From Entomortierella parvispora E1425 (lineage: Eukaryota; Fungi; Mortierellomycota): DNA of 64,000 nucleotides. A model generated the notes under the pieces. The model ran no database searches, was not told the origin of the DNA, and saw nothing but the letters and a program-made list of their open reading frames with translations. The stretch covers positions 1,178,001-1,242,000 of the forward strand of contig BQFW01000010.1 in assembly GCA_020891255.1 (NCBI GenBank). The letters run 5' to 3'. Of the stretch, positions 51,040-62,142 are shown one piece after another. Positions within the stretch are counted from its first letter, which is position 1. Every line of letters starts with the position of its first letter. Made by a program: the position numbers and the translations under genes.

Positions 51040-51581
51040 ATGGTTGCACTGTGGCTAACAGAGAGATATCATCAAGATGCCGAGCTCAGGATAGGAAAGA
51101 GAACAACAAAAAAAAAAAAAAATCGAAATAGCAGAATATGTGCGGTTGGTTGAAATATGAATATGAGCCTCAAAGTGTGCGGTTCTACGTGTTTCTCTTT
51201 CTTCGGTGCCCTGTTGATTAGCGGCCGCTGCTGAAATCGCAGAGGCCGCGGCACAGCCCTATCGCAGACATCATTTATTCTTTTGAGGCGGAGCTCGAGG
51301 AACGCGTCCAGATCTTTGCCGCTCTTGAGACGGCTGCAGAGGATGACAATGGCAACCTAGCTCTTCATGAGAAAACAAAAAACAAGAAAAACAAGCAGCA
51401 GGCGCAAAAGAAGGTCGACCACAGTCACCACAAGAAGGTGCATCATTCTCGTCACAAGAAGGTGGATCATTCTCATGACAAGAAGGTCGACCATAGCCAT
51501 CATCAACAGAACCAACAGCAAAACAAGAAGCAGCAAAAGAAGAACGACCATTCTGATCATCGCAAGGTCAAGGCAGCATGA
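51040..51581 (+). CDS. Small basic His-rich repeat protein (KKVDHSHH x4-5); 5' exon uncertain
   Basis: Open frame 51222-51581 follows an intron-like acceptor (pyrimidine tract...ATTAG 51221). Synonymous codon variation across the repeats supports this frame. One intact model is ATG 51040, intron 51145-51221, 154 aa. Confidence 0.5.
51408..51503 (+). repeat. Four imperfect 24-nt tandem repeats encoding KKVDHSHH/KKVHHSRH/KKVDHSHD/KKVDHSHH
   Basis: Seen directly in the sequence. A fifth degenerate unit, KKNDHSDH, lies at ~51537-51560. Confidence 0.85.
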
Positions 51582-51967
51582 ACCAAGAAGCAACAGGGGT
51601 GGACCCAGGGCAAGGGACAGATACAGCAGTTCAGTTATGACACCCATCGACAGTTCAATGACGCTGGGTTGCCCATTGGGGAGCAACCATTGTAGGAACC
51701 CCTAGGCGCCGCCCGCTTCGAGGCCTTCAACAACGGTAGTAGGAAAAGAAATGGTTGCACTGTCTACTGGGAAACCATCACGATCGTCCCTCAGTGTGCC
51801 CCTGAACTCAATGCCTGCCCTGCCCCTCCCAAGGCGTAAAAAACTGCTGGCAGAGAGAAACTTGAGCCATTTTTTTGTTCATTCCATCATACACCCGTGG
51901 ACGGAACAGCTCGATTGACACTTAATAGTAATAAAAAAATGGGGTCCCGTAGAAAAAAAAAGGATGT

Positions 51968-54105
51968 TTATTTGACAACATTGGCTGCTGGGAGAGGAGG
52001 GAACTCAAGGTCCACCTCCAAGACATCCAGCTCCATAATATCGGCCTCACATCCAAGGATTGACGCCAAACTGGGCTGGTTTCGTCCAAGATCGCCATGC
52101 ACAAACTCCTTGATATAGGTGCCCGCCTCTGTATGCAGGTGCACAACAAAGAAATGTCCCTCGAGTGGGAAAGCCTTCAGTGAGTGAATCTCTTTCTTGC
52201 GAATCATTTGAGCACGTCTAAAAAAAGTTGACGATATTGGTTAAGGACCAAATTCCGTTCATATAGTCAAATTTAGTGGTCGTTGTTGTCGGAATATACC
52301 TTTGCAACACACGAATGGGTGTCTGCTGTTCCACAATGAAGGCTTTGTTGTTGTAGGCATTCACAGCCTCGATCATGGTTGGAGTCACCGGTTCAGAAGC
52401 CCAGCAGAGAGCGCTATAGCTCTTTGTCTTTGTATCTTCACCATCCTTGATGATTTTGGTATCTTCGGGGTTCAAGCCGGTGAGCTTCCGGATCTGGACT
52501 TTATCTGGCATGATGGTGTTGATTTCCTTCTCGATTAGTTCCAGGGTCTCATGAGGCAACGAGGGTATCCTTGGATTGATCAACTCCATGTAGAAAGGTC
52601 GTCCATTGCCCAACATGCGCACATTCGCGTCCTCACGTCCAGCTGTAACAAACTTGAAATCTAGTCGTATCATGTCAAGAAATTTAAAAGTTAACACACA
52701 CGCCAACCCTCGATTCAAACTGTCAGAAAAGCCTGCCTCTATTCTACTTACCATCAGCCTTGAAGGCCTTCTTCACGGTTTCGCATACAATTCCAGAGAC
52801 TGAGAGTTCTGCCAAGACTGTAGTTCCAATGGTCCAGGGTGTTTGACTAACATCTCGTGTATACTTCAGATAACGACCACCAACATGGACAGAGTCCCTC
52901 GTCATCTCGATCGATTCCAGCACGGGCTTGGTTGATACAGCACATGGAGGGACGCTCTTTCCAATCCTGAGAAGGGTAACAAGGATTTAACGCATAAATT
53001 AGTCCCTTGATGGTCTTGCTTAAGTCTCCACTTTAGAATCTCTTTGTCCATCTTACGATGTGAATCTGGCATCCGTAACAAGAGTCAATGCCTTGACAAT
53101 GTTATGACGACCATCGCCTACTACAATCATTTTCCGCTATATCGTGGAAAACATAGAGCCACAGTTAGAGGCCTGCATATCAGTCAATGGATCGCATCTG
53201 CCTTACCAGGAGAAAGATGTAAACCCTTACCTTTTCGCGTTTGCTCTTGATGATCATTCCAGACTCTGGCATTGTTGAAAGAAAAACGTGGTCATCCTTG
53301 GTTTCTTCATGGCTGACTGAAACTTGCATCCTGAGCTCGCTCTAGATCGGCACAAGAACAACATAGTGAGCCCAATGAACAGTCCATACGAAATGAATCC
53401 TGATTACGAGCCAAGAATTGTACCGTACCGTAAAGTCAAGGGTGAGTCCTGTTTGGGCCTCAATTGGCCAACTTATGAGCAATTTGAAAATTTCCTTGAT
53501 GTCCACCAAATCCTCGGGGCTGATGTTGAACTTGTTACGCCAGACAATCCGTACAGCATGGTTGCGAACAAGTGTACTTGTGGGCATGGTGACGTTCATA
53601 TTGAAGGTCTTTGTAATGTAGTTTTCCTTGTTGATACGCGCCACGATCTCGTCCACAAATCCTTCCGCAAATTGAACAGTTCCAACACAAACAGTGCAGA
53701 TGGGTTCTTCAGTTTCGTCCGAGGAGGTGGCGGTATCGTCTGGGGTGGTTCGAGAGCCGGAGAGGATCTGTTTGATTTCTCCTGATGACAGTTGATACAC
53801 CTCATAGTCGCGAACACCCAGGAACCGCAGCATGCAGCGGCCACAGCACGTCAGACCAAAGAGGACGTCGATGCTAGTTGGGCGACTCCTGAGTTCCTCA
53901 TTTCCTGCGAGTGACTTTTGGAGTCGAGTCTTCAGCGCTACGATCGGGAAGGATCAAATGTAGAGAATCAGTGTTGCGCCATAGACATTTGATATCGCGG
54001 CCAAACGTCTGCCTCATAAATACAAGCGCGAGGTGTTGTGCAATGCATGCATGCAAGCTATTTCATTCGACTCTAGTTCATGGCTGCTCAAACATTACCA
54101 TCCAT
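51968..54105 (-). CDS. PUS10: tRNA pseudouridine synthase Pus10, multi-exon
   Basis: CCGRCMLRFLG; GGRYLKYTRDVSQTPW; catalytic AGREDANVRMLGNGRPF; QQTPIRVLQR; HTEAGTYIKEFVHGDLGRNQPSL. The start (ATG 54105, 7-nt first exon) is tentative. Confidence 0.93.
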
Positions 54106-55290
54106 AGTATCGTCCAGCTTTACTCTTTTGGCGTCGTTCTCGCTGTCGGATGGGCGCCTCTTGTCCATGATGTGTCCGTGTCTGTTGATGCTCTTTGTCC
54201 GCTCTGTCTTCCCTTGCTACGCTACCCTCATTCGTGGCAAAAAAAAAAAAAAAAAGAAAAAGAAAAGAAAAAAGCAAACGCTCAGCCACTGCACGTGACC
54301 TGGAAATATTTGCTCGCATCGCACTCCAAACCAAGGTTTCTATGTAGGAGAGCGGCAAGTATTTTTAGTGGTGTGGATGGCGATTCTACCCTTGGAGTTT
54401 TGTCCACTGCGGGGACAAAGGTTCTTCCCGCCAAAGACAAAACAGAAATCTTTTATCGTGAAGGACTGGGTTGTGCTCCGCCCGAGGGAAAAAATAAATG
54501 GTGAGCAGTCTGAATTGCAAGAAAAGTCCCGGGTGGGATGAGGGGGGACAAGGTCCAGACAATTTCTTTTCTGGTTGCACTTCCTTCCAACCGGTGGTTC
54601 GATGGTACCATGAAGGAATTTGAGTTTGCGATCTGTGCTTGTGTTTCTTTTTTCTTTGGGGAGGATTCATAATTTATTTTGTGCAAGTGGGTACAGGGCC
54701 AGAGAGGAAGAAAGAAAGGGCGACTCGATCCAAGATCGCCGAGTAAACGCAGGACAAAGGACAGGACAGGCTTTCTGTTTGTTAGTTTGGTTGGATGAAC
54801 AAAATTCATGCAAGCCTGTGCGTTCCAAAGGAGAGAAGACCAATCACTCAACCACACATACATGCACTCGCACACAAAAAAGAGACGAAACCTTTTTCGC
54901 GCGCATTTCATAAAGAGGCGGACCCAAAAAGTCAGACGGATGCGCGCGCGCGATTAGCTCATCTCCAAAGGGGAGAGAGAAAAGGTACAGTACTTCATAA
55001 TCTACTCCCTCAACGGCTGTGGCTGTCCACCTGGGCTTCCCAAGGGGACCCTGGCGCACTTGTCTCGGAAGAGGGAACAACGTTGCAGGACGGTCGTCTC
55101 CGTGGCGCAATGTCTGTGAGACTGATGATGACAGTGATGGACAGGGCAGCGCGAACCAAGGCCAATCAGCTAAACAGTCTCGCCCGCACACACGCGACGC
55201 AGATTGGGCCGATTGGGCGGGGATCACATCAGCAGTAGAGAGAGCCAAGGCGATGACGGGAAACAAGGGAAACGAAGGGAACGAAAATTA

Positions 55291-55347
55291 GGAGTGGAGT
55301 TGGAGTGGAGTTGGAGTGGCCAGTGGCTAGTGGACAGTGGATAGTGG
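55291..55347. promoter_or_regulatory. Array of seven AGTGG (CCACT) motifs in the PUS10/tricalbin divergent intergenic region
   Basis: AGTGG starts at 55293, 55304, 55315, 55322, 55329, 55336 and 55343. The regulatory role is inference only. Confidence 0.3.
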
Positions 55348-56446
55348 ATGGTCCAAGAGGATCGAGAAACGGTCAGTGTCAGTATCATGAGACTGTGATC
55401 TTTGAACTTCAAAACGATCTTTCGTCCTCGGTCCCCCTTTTCTCTTTTCTCTTCTTTTCTTCTTTTTCTTTCTCTGCTTTCTTCATCCTACTCCTCTCGC
55501 ACTCTCTTTCCTCTGGCATCCCAGCACTCTTTTGCCTGATTGCCTCTTCCCACCTCTTCGCACCACCTGTCATCACCGTTCCCGCTCAAAGTGCAAGCCA
55601 AACCCCGTCAACAAAGGTATGGATGGTGCAGTAATGCCGCTAGATAGCACGCGTCACCAATCCCGACTGTGTTTCTGTATTTCCCTGTGAAGCTCCTTCG
55701 GGGGTGACATGGCGTCCTCATGAGGTGCCAACAATCGAATGGAGAGGGGAAGAGAGGAGATGCATTCTCGAGCTCATGTGTCTTTTCCGGTTGAACCTTG
55801 AGCCCCGCTTTGCTTGTTGGGTCCCTTGCCTCTTCTGGGTGCTGTGGAGGAGCACCCGATGACGGTGCAGAGCGAGCAAGAGCAGCTGTTCATATGATAT
55901 GGACTTGTGGACCGTGGATCAGGAACGAGAACAGGAATAGCAGCAAGAGTCGTAGAGCAGGAGCAAGGAGCAGGACCAGGAAAGAGCAGCGAGAGAGGAG
56001 CACCTTTAATAGAAGCGAGCGCTACCCTTGGGACAGCAAATGTGTGAATGTGAATGTCCATATGTCCATATGTCCATGGGACCTCCGTTTCATTTCTTTT
56101 CCATTCATTCATTCCTTCCTTCCTTCCTGACCCTCTTTCTTTTTTTCTTTCTTTCTCTCTCCTCTCCCCTGTTCTCCCCTCCTCTTCCTCCCTTTTTTTC
56201 GTCTTCTTATTGTCCCACGACCTTCTTTGACCATCGCCCTCCTCCCACCCTATCCACACCCACCCCCCATCGATTAAGCTCTCGTGCGTGTTTATTCCTT
56301 TAGTGTGTGTCTCACGGTCGCGTCGATTTGTCTCTCTTGCTTGCTAGCCAGATTTGGATGTGAACACTCATCTTTATCATTGTCTCTCTTTCTCTGGTTC
56401 GTCCTATAGACTGAACGCATCTACACCCAACTGAACGTTTGCGCGA

Positions 56447-59400
56447 ATGGACCCTACCCAAAACGGCCTCTCGGCCCAGGATCCGAGTGGCCTCAACGTG
56501 GCCCCGCCTCGCGCCGAGAATGATCACCCTTCACCACAGATTCCCGGACAAGCCCGTTTGGATGACGCTGTGGGGAAAGTAATTGGTGGAACAGTCATTG
56601 CGTCGGATATCCGTCCTTCAGATTTGCCCAGTGCCGCAAAGCTCGATGCAGAAAAGGCCGCACAGCACCCTGTCACTCCACCCTCGCAGCCAGCGACCCC
56701 AGTTTCCGCCCAAGGTGAAAGGTCGTCTGTGAAGAGCAATGGTACCAACGGATCTCCAGTCAACGGTAAAGTGGAGAAGGAAGTTGCCGCAAACGGAGTT
56801 CCTGTTCCTGTTCCTGTTCATGTTGAAGATCACACCGTCGGTGCCTACCCTGTCATGACCCGCATCGGATGGCTAGAGGCCTACAAACGCACTGATGGGC
56901 CTACGAATGAATTCCGTGAAAAGTCGATTTGGATGGATGAATTCGCCAGCAGTGCCCTGTACGGAGCGTTCTGGCAGAATGCCGTAGCAGTAATTGTCAT
57001 TCCTGTTGTGTGCTTCATTGTCTTCAAGCTGGGAGGTGGTTTTGTTTCTCTTGTCTTGATCATCGCCTTTGGAGGTAAGGAGAGTTGTGCATCACTGAAT
57101 AATCGCTTAACTTTCAGGGGTTGGACGCCAAAGTGTTGACGTGTCGTTTTTTTGTGTTCCATTGCAGCCACCTACTACAAAAACTCTATCCGTCGCTTCC
57201 GTCGCAACGCAAGGGACGACATTACAAGAGAGTTGATCAAGAATGCTGTAAGTCCTGCAGACGGAACCCCCTGCATCCTCTATCTGTTCACTTTGTTTTG
57301 CCTTCTCTTGTAATGCGCCAATTATCAATTGTTCGCTAATCTAATCAAACTGAATGATATTCCTCGCAATGCAGCTTGAAAACGACGCCGAGTCAACCGA
57401 ATGGATCAACAACTTCATGTCCAAGTTCTGGCTGATCTACGAGCCAGTCTTGAGTGCAACAGTGGTTCAGACGGTCGACGGCATCCTGGTCGATCAAACT
57501 CCCGCGTTCTTGGACTCTATCCGCCTGACAACTTTCACTTTGGGAACAAAAGCCCCACGTGTGGAGAGCGTCAAGACCTTCCCCAAGACCGATCCCGATG
57601 TGGTGGTAAGTTATTTTTATCCCTCAAAAAGATCTCCATATCGAGGGACGGCTCTTTCAGCCTCCATCCATAAATTGGCTGTTTCATAGAGTCAAAGAGC
57701 AGACGTGGCTGAAATGTTGGTGCTCATGAACCTTTATCCGCTAACCACAATTGCTCTTGAAATGCCCCTGTGACGGCCATTAGATGATGGACTGGCGTGT
57801 ATCATTCACGCCCACGGATATTGAGGACATGACCCCCCGACAGCTGCGTACCCAGATCAACCCAAAGATTTGTTTGACAATCCGCGTGGGCAAGGGTATC
57901 ATTGGTGCGGGCATGCCCATCCTTGTGGAGGACATGTCCTTCAAGGGATACATGCGGTTCAAGATCAAGCTCATGGCCAACTTCCCTCACATCAAAACTG
58001 TCGACTTTTGCTTCCTCGAGCCCCCAGAGATTGACTATGTCTTGAAGCCTGTCGGAGGAGATACCTTTGGAATGGACATTGCACACGTAGGTTGACCAAC
58101 AACATGATTTCTTGAGCTTCAGCTTCCCATTGTGGCATCTGCTAGCTTTCACACTAACTCTTGTCCTTTCTCAACCAACAGATCCCCGGACTGCAGACTT
58201 TTATCCGTGATCAGACCCACGCCATTCTCGGCCCCATGATGTACGCCCCCAACGTCTACACCCTTGATATGGAGCAAATGATGACTGGCGGAGCCTCGTT
58301 GACTGCAGCCGCTGGTGTTGTCCAGTTCACCATTTATAATGCAAAGGATCTCAAGAACACTGAATTGATTGGAAACTCCGATCCATACGTCAAGATCCGC
58401 CTTGGTAATCGTCCTGAACTGGCCTCGACAGCCGTGAAGCAGGATACTTTGAACCCCGTGTGGAACGAGACCAACACCATCTTGATCAACAACCTTAACG
58501 AAGTCGTTTGCATGGAGCTCATGGATAAGGATACCGTTCGAAAGGACCGCCCCCTGGGACAGGCCAACTTTGATTTGAAGTCGCTTGAGGAGGATCCCAT
58601 CCAGGACGACGTTTGGTGCAAGATTCTTCGCAACGGCAAGGAGCGAGGTGCCATCCGTATCCGTGCTGCCTACTTCCCTGTTCAGACTCCAAAGCCCTCC
58701 GCCGACGGAAGCGAGATGATCCCTGTAGAGTCCAACTCGGGTATTCTGGCCATCAGCTTGGCTCAAGCCAAGGATATTGCTCGCACAGGAAAGACAAAGT
58801 CCCTTTGCCACGTCTCCTTGAACGGACGCATTGTTCACACCACAAAGAAGATGAGTGGCGCCAACCCTGCTTTCGGTGCTGACGTGGACGTTTTCGTCAC
58901 TGACCTGGAAGCAGCTCATATCACAGTCGAGATCATTTCTGACGGCGTTGTGATCGGCTCTTACGGCGTACCTGCAAGCAGACTCATCAAGGACACAACA
59001 AACAAGGTCGACTGGGTTTCCTTGAAGGGAGGTGAAGGCACAGGCAAGCTCAAGATGACAGGCGTTTGGAAACCCATTTTAATGGGCGACGATCTGAATC
59101 CAAACGTCTACAAGCCCGCATTTGGCGCCCTTCGCATTCAACTTTTGGCTGGACGTGACATTCGCAATGTAGAGATTGGAGGCAACTCGGATCCTTATGT
59201 TGTTATCACTGGAGACAAGGGTATGAGCCGTGGTCGGACCAAGGTCATCGATAGCAACTTGAACCCCGTCTGGAACGAGATTCATTACGTGACGGTCAAC
59301 TCCATGAAGCAGTCCTTCGAGTTTGAGGTGTTTGACTACCAAAAGGTCACCAAGGACAGAACTCTTGGAAAGACGGAGTTCATGGTCAGTGAGATCATCG

Positions 59401-61740
59401 AGGAGCTCGCTGACAAGGCTGGCTACGCGGCCAGACCTAACATTGACCGATGGGCTCCTTTGAAGCAGAAGGATGGCTCAATCAAGGGCGATCTTCACTA
59501 CATCATTTCGTTCCATCCTTCGTTGAAGCTTGCTCAAGAAGCCACGGAAGCCGAGAAGACGGTCGCAGCGGGTGTCCCTGTCGAAGCCGGTGTCCCTGTC
59601 GAAGCTGGTGTCCCTGTCGAAGCTGGTGTCCCTGCCGAAGCCGGTGTCCCTGTCGAAGCCGAGAAGACGGTCGCAGCGGGTGTCCCTGTCGAGACCGTGG
59701 ATACTACTGAACCTTCTCCCATGAATGCATTGAACCCCGTCAGTGCTGTTGCGGGTAATGCTGCGACGACACTGCCTCCCAACACCATTTATGCTCACGA
59801 AGCACTGGATTATGACTCGGGTATTCTTGTCACCAACCTCATTGGCGCCGACCTGGACCGGTCTGGTACCTACTGCGAGTTCTATATCGACAGTGACAAT
59901 TACCAATTCAAGTCTCAGCTTCAAAAGTCTCGCAACCCCAGGTGGAATGAAGTTGCAGATATCTTTGTCAAAGAGCTCGAATATTCCAAGCTGGTTATTC
60001 TCGTCAAAGAAAAGACTTCCCTTGATAAGGATCCCATCATCGGCAACTTCACGTGCAATATCCGTACATTGCTGGAAACAACACCTCCCGATGGAGGACA
60101 CTTTGTTATCCTGGACAGAACGGAGAAGCGCGGTTCACTTCACTTGAAGTTCGAATACCTCCCTGTTCAAATTGAACTTTTGCCCAAGGAGCGTCTGGAC
60201 AGTAAGTTTTGATATTCAGTTTCGCTTGGTGTAAACTCGACTGTTGCTACCATACGCATTTATTAATCCTCCACTTCAATAGACATGGGTAACTTGACAG
60301 TGACTCTGGTCCGAGCCAAGAACTTGATTGCAGCCGATAGAGGAGGATCCAGTGACCCCTATGTCGTTTTCAAGGTGAATGGCAAGGAGGTTCACAAGTC
60401 CGAAGTGGTGAAGAAGACCTTGAACCCAGAGTATAACGAGGCCTTTGTCATACCTATTGTAAGTTGTCGGTGGTATGCTATTGACTTAGCTTGCCCTCAA
60501 GGAACAACGCATCTGACCTGTATGTTTTTATTTGATTCCTAAGGCATCTCGCGCGGACGATCAGTTCACCTTTGAAGTCTTTGATTGGAACCAGGTGCAG
60601 ACCGCCAAATCACTTGGTACTGCCGCCTTGGATCTGAGCAACATCCAGCTGGTCCTTCCCAATGATTTCCTGATCCCGTTGCATAACAAGACTAACCAGG
60701 GAGAGGTTCAGGTTCGCCTGAAGTTCATGCCCGAGTTCTTGTCGAACAACAAGAGAAAGTCCGGCTTTGGCGGAACCTTTATTGGCAGCGGTGTGGGCAT
60801 GGTTGCCTCTGGTGGACATATGCTTGGCCATGTTGGCATGTCTGGAGTGGGTGCTGTCGCCGGAGGAGTGGGTGCTGTCGCCGGAGGAGTGGGTGCTGTC
60901 GCTGGAGGAGTTAGTGCAGTTGGGCAAGGCGCCTTTGATGTCGGCGGAGCTGTCGGCAAAGGTGCGATAAGGGGCGTCGGATCCATGGGCAAGGGAGTGG
61001 GTGCTGTCGGCAAAGGCGTGTTTTCGGCCGGTGCATCTGCCTTTGGGCTAGGCAAGAATAAGGACAAGTCTGAATCACACTCGTCTCTTGATTCGCCGGG
61101 TGTACTGGAAGCATCGCTCCCTGCGTCGATGCAAGCTGGTACGACGGTCGCTGACCCCAACGTCTCCCTGCAAGGAGTTCGTCCTTCGAATTCGGATGGG
61201 TCGCTGAATGTGACGTCTCCCCCTTTGCCCCGAACCAGCGTTGGCTCGATCCGATCTCGGACCTCAATGGTGTTTGATAGCGGCGATGTTGTTGGCGAAC
61301 CTGGCAACTTGACGATCCATGTGATTGAGGCAGATACGCTTATGGGCGTGGACAAGTCCGGGACGAGCGACCCCTACGTGAAGGTGAACTTGGGAAACAA
61401 GAACCTCCTCAAGACCAAGGTCAAGAAGGAGAACCTGTCCCCCAACTGGAGCGAGTCAGTCGTTGTCCCTGGCCTCACTGGCCACCCTGTGACGATCAAC
61501 TTTGTGGTCCGGGACCACAACACCATTGGCAGTGACAAGGATCTCGGCGAATTCGATCTGAGATTGTGGGAGTACATCCAACCCGCCTCTGAGGCCCATC
61601 CTGGCGAGTACCGGGCCGACTTCTGGGCACCTCTGGGTGGATCTGGTGGACGTCTCCATCTCGCCCTTGAATTTGAGCCTATTCATGACGGTCCTGGAGG
61701 TGAAGCTAGTCGGAAGCGCGGCATCTTTGGCCGCAAGTAA
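56447..61740 (+). CDS. TCB: Tricalbin / extended synaptotagmin (TM hairpin, SMP domain, multiple C2 domains), multi-exon
   Basis: N-terminal hydrophobic hairpin; SMP ESTEWINNFMSKFWLIYEP...RLTTFTLGTKAPRVESV; C2 motifs SDPYVKIR, SDPYVVIT, SDPYVVFK and SDPYVKVN; TAA 61738-40. Confidence 0.95.
59547..59692 (+). repeat. In-frame 18-nt (GVPVEA) repeat array with duplicated EAEKTVAA unit inside tricalbin
   Basis: Near-perfect nucleotide repeats; the ~38-nt block at 59547-59584 recurs at 59655-59692. Confidence 0.9.
60844..60906 (+). repeat. In-frame 21-nt repeat x3 (GVGAVAG) inside tricalbin
   Basis: GGAGTGGGTGCTGTCGCYGGA x3. Confidence 0.9.
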
Positions 61741-62142
61741 GCATTGGAGAACGAGGAGGGAACTAATTCGTTTGTAAATAAACAACTTCTGAAAGAAAAA
61801 GGACATTTTTTGGTCCTCACAGCAACATTTGCCGATCTCTTGAGCGAGATGAATACACCGCTATTGCGGCAAGGAGAGGCCCTTGGGCAGCCGGCCTCCC
61901 CATGAGATCTCAACAGAAAAATAAAAGATCACGACGCGACTTTATATCAAAAGCATGGGTTGCAAATGACGACGCCTTTATCTCGAGTCATGACTGGAGG
62001 ATTCAGGGCTCCCAAGCGGAGGATGTGATCCTGTTGGACCAATGCAACGTATCAAAACCGTCCATGGCATAGATTGCTCTAAAGATATTTGATTTAATGG
62101 GGGGGATTTTTTTTTTTTTGTTCTGGCTAAACTTTAGGACAT

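Noticed and set aside
51357-51705. ORF-track proteins 51357-51686(-) and 51367-51705(+)
   Set aside because: Alternative readings of the His-rich repeat; the synonymous-change pattern supports the third frame instead.
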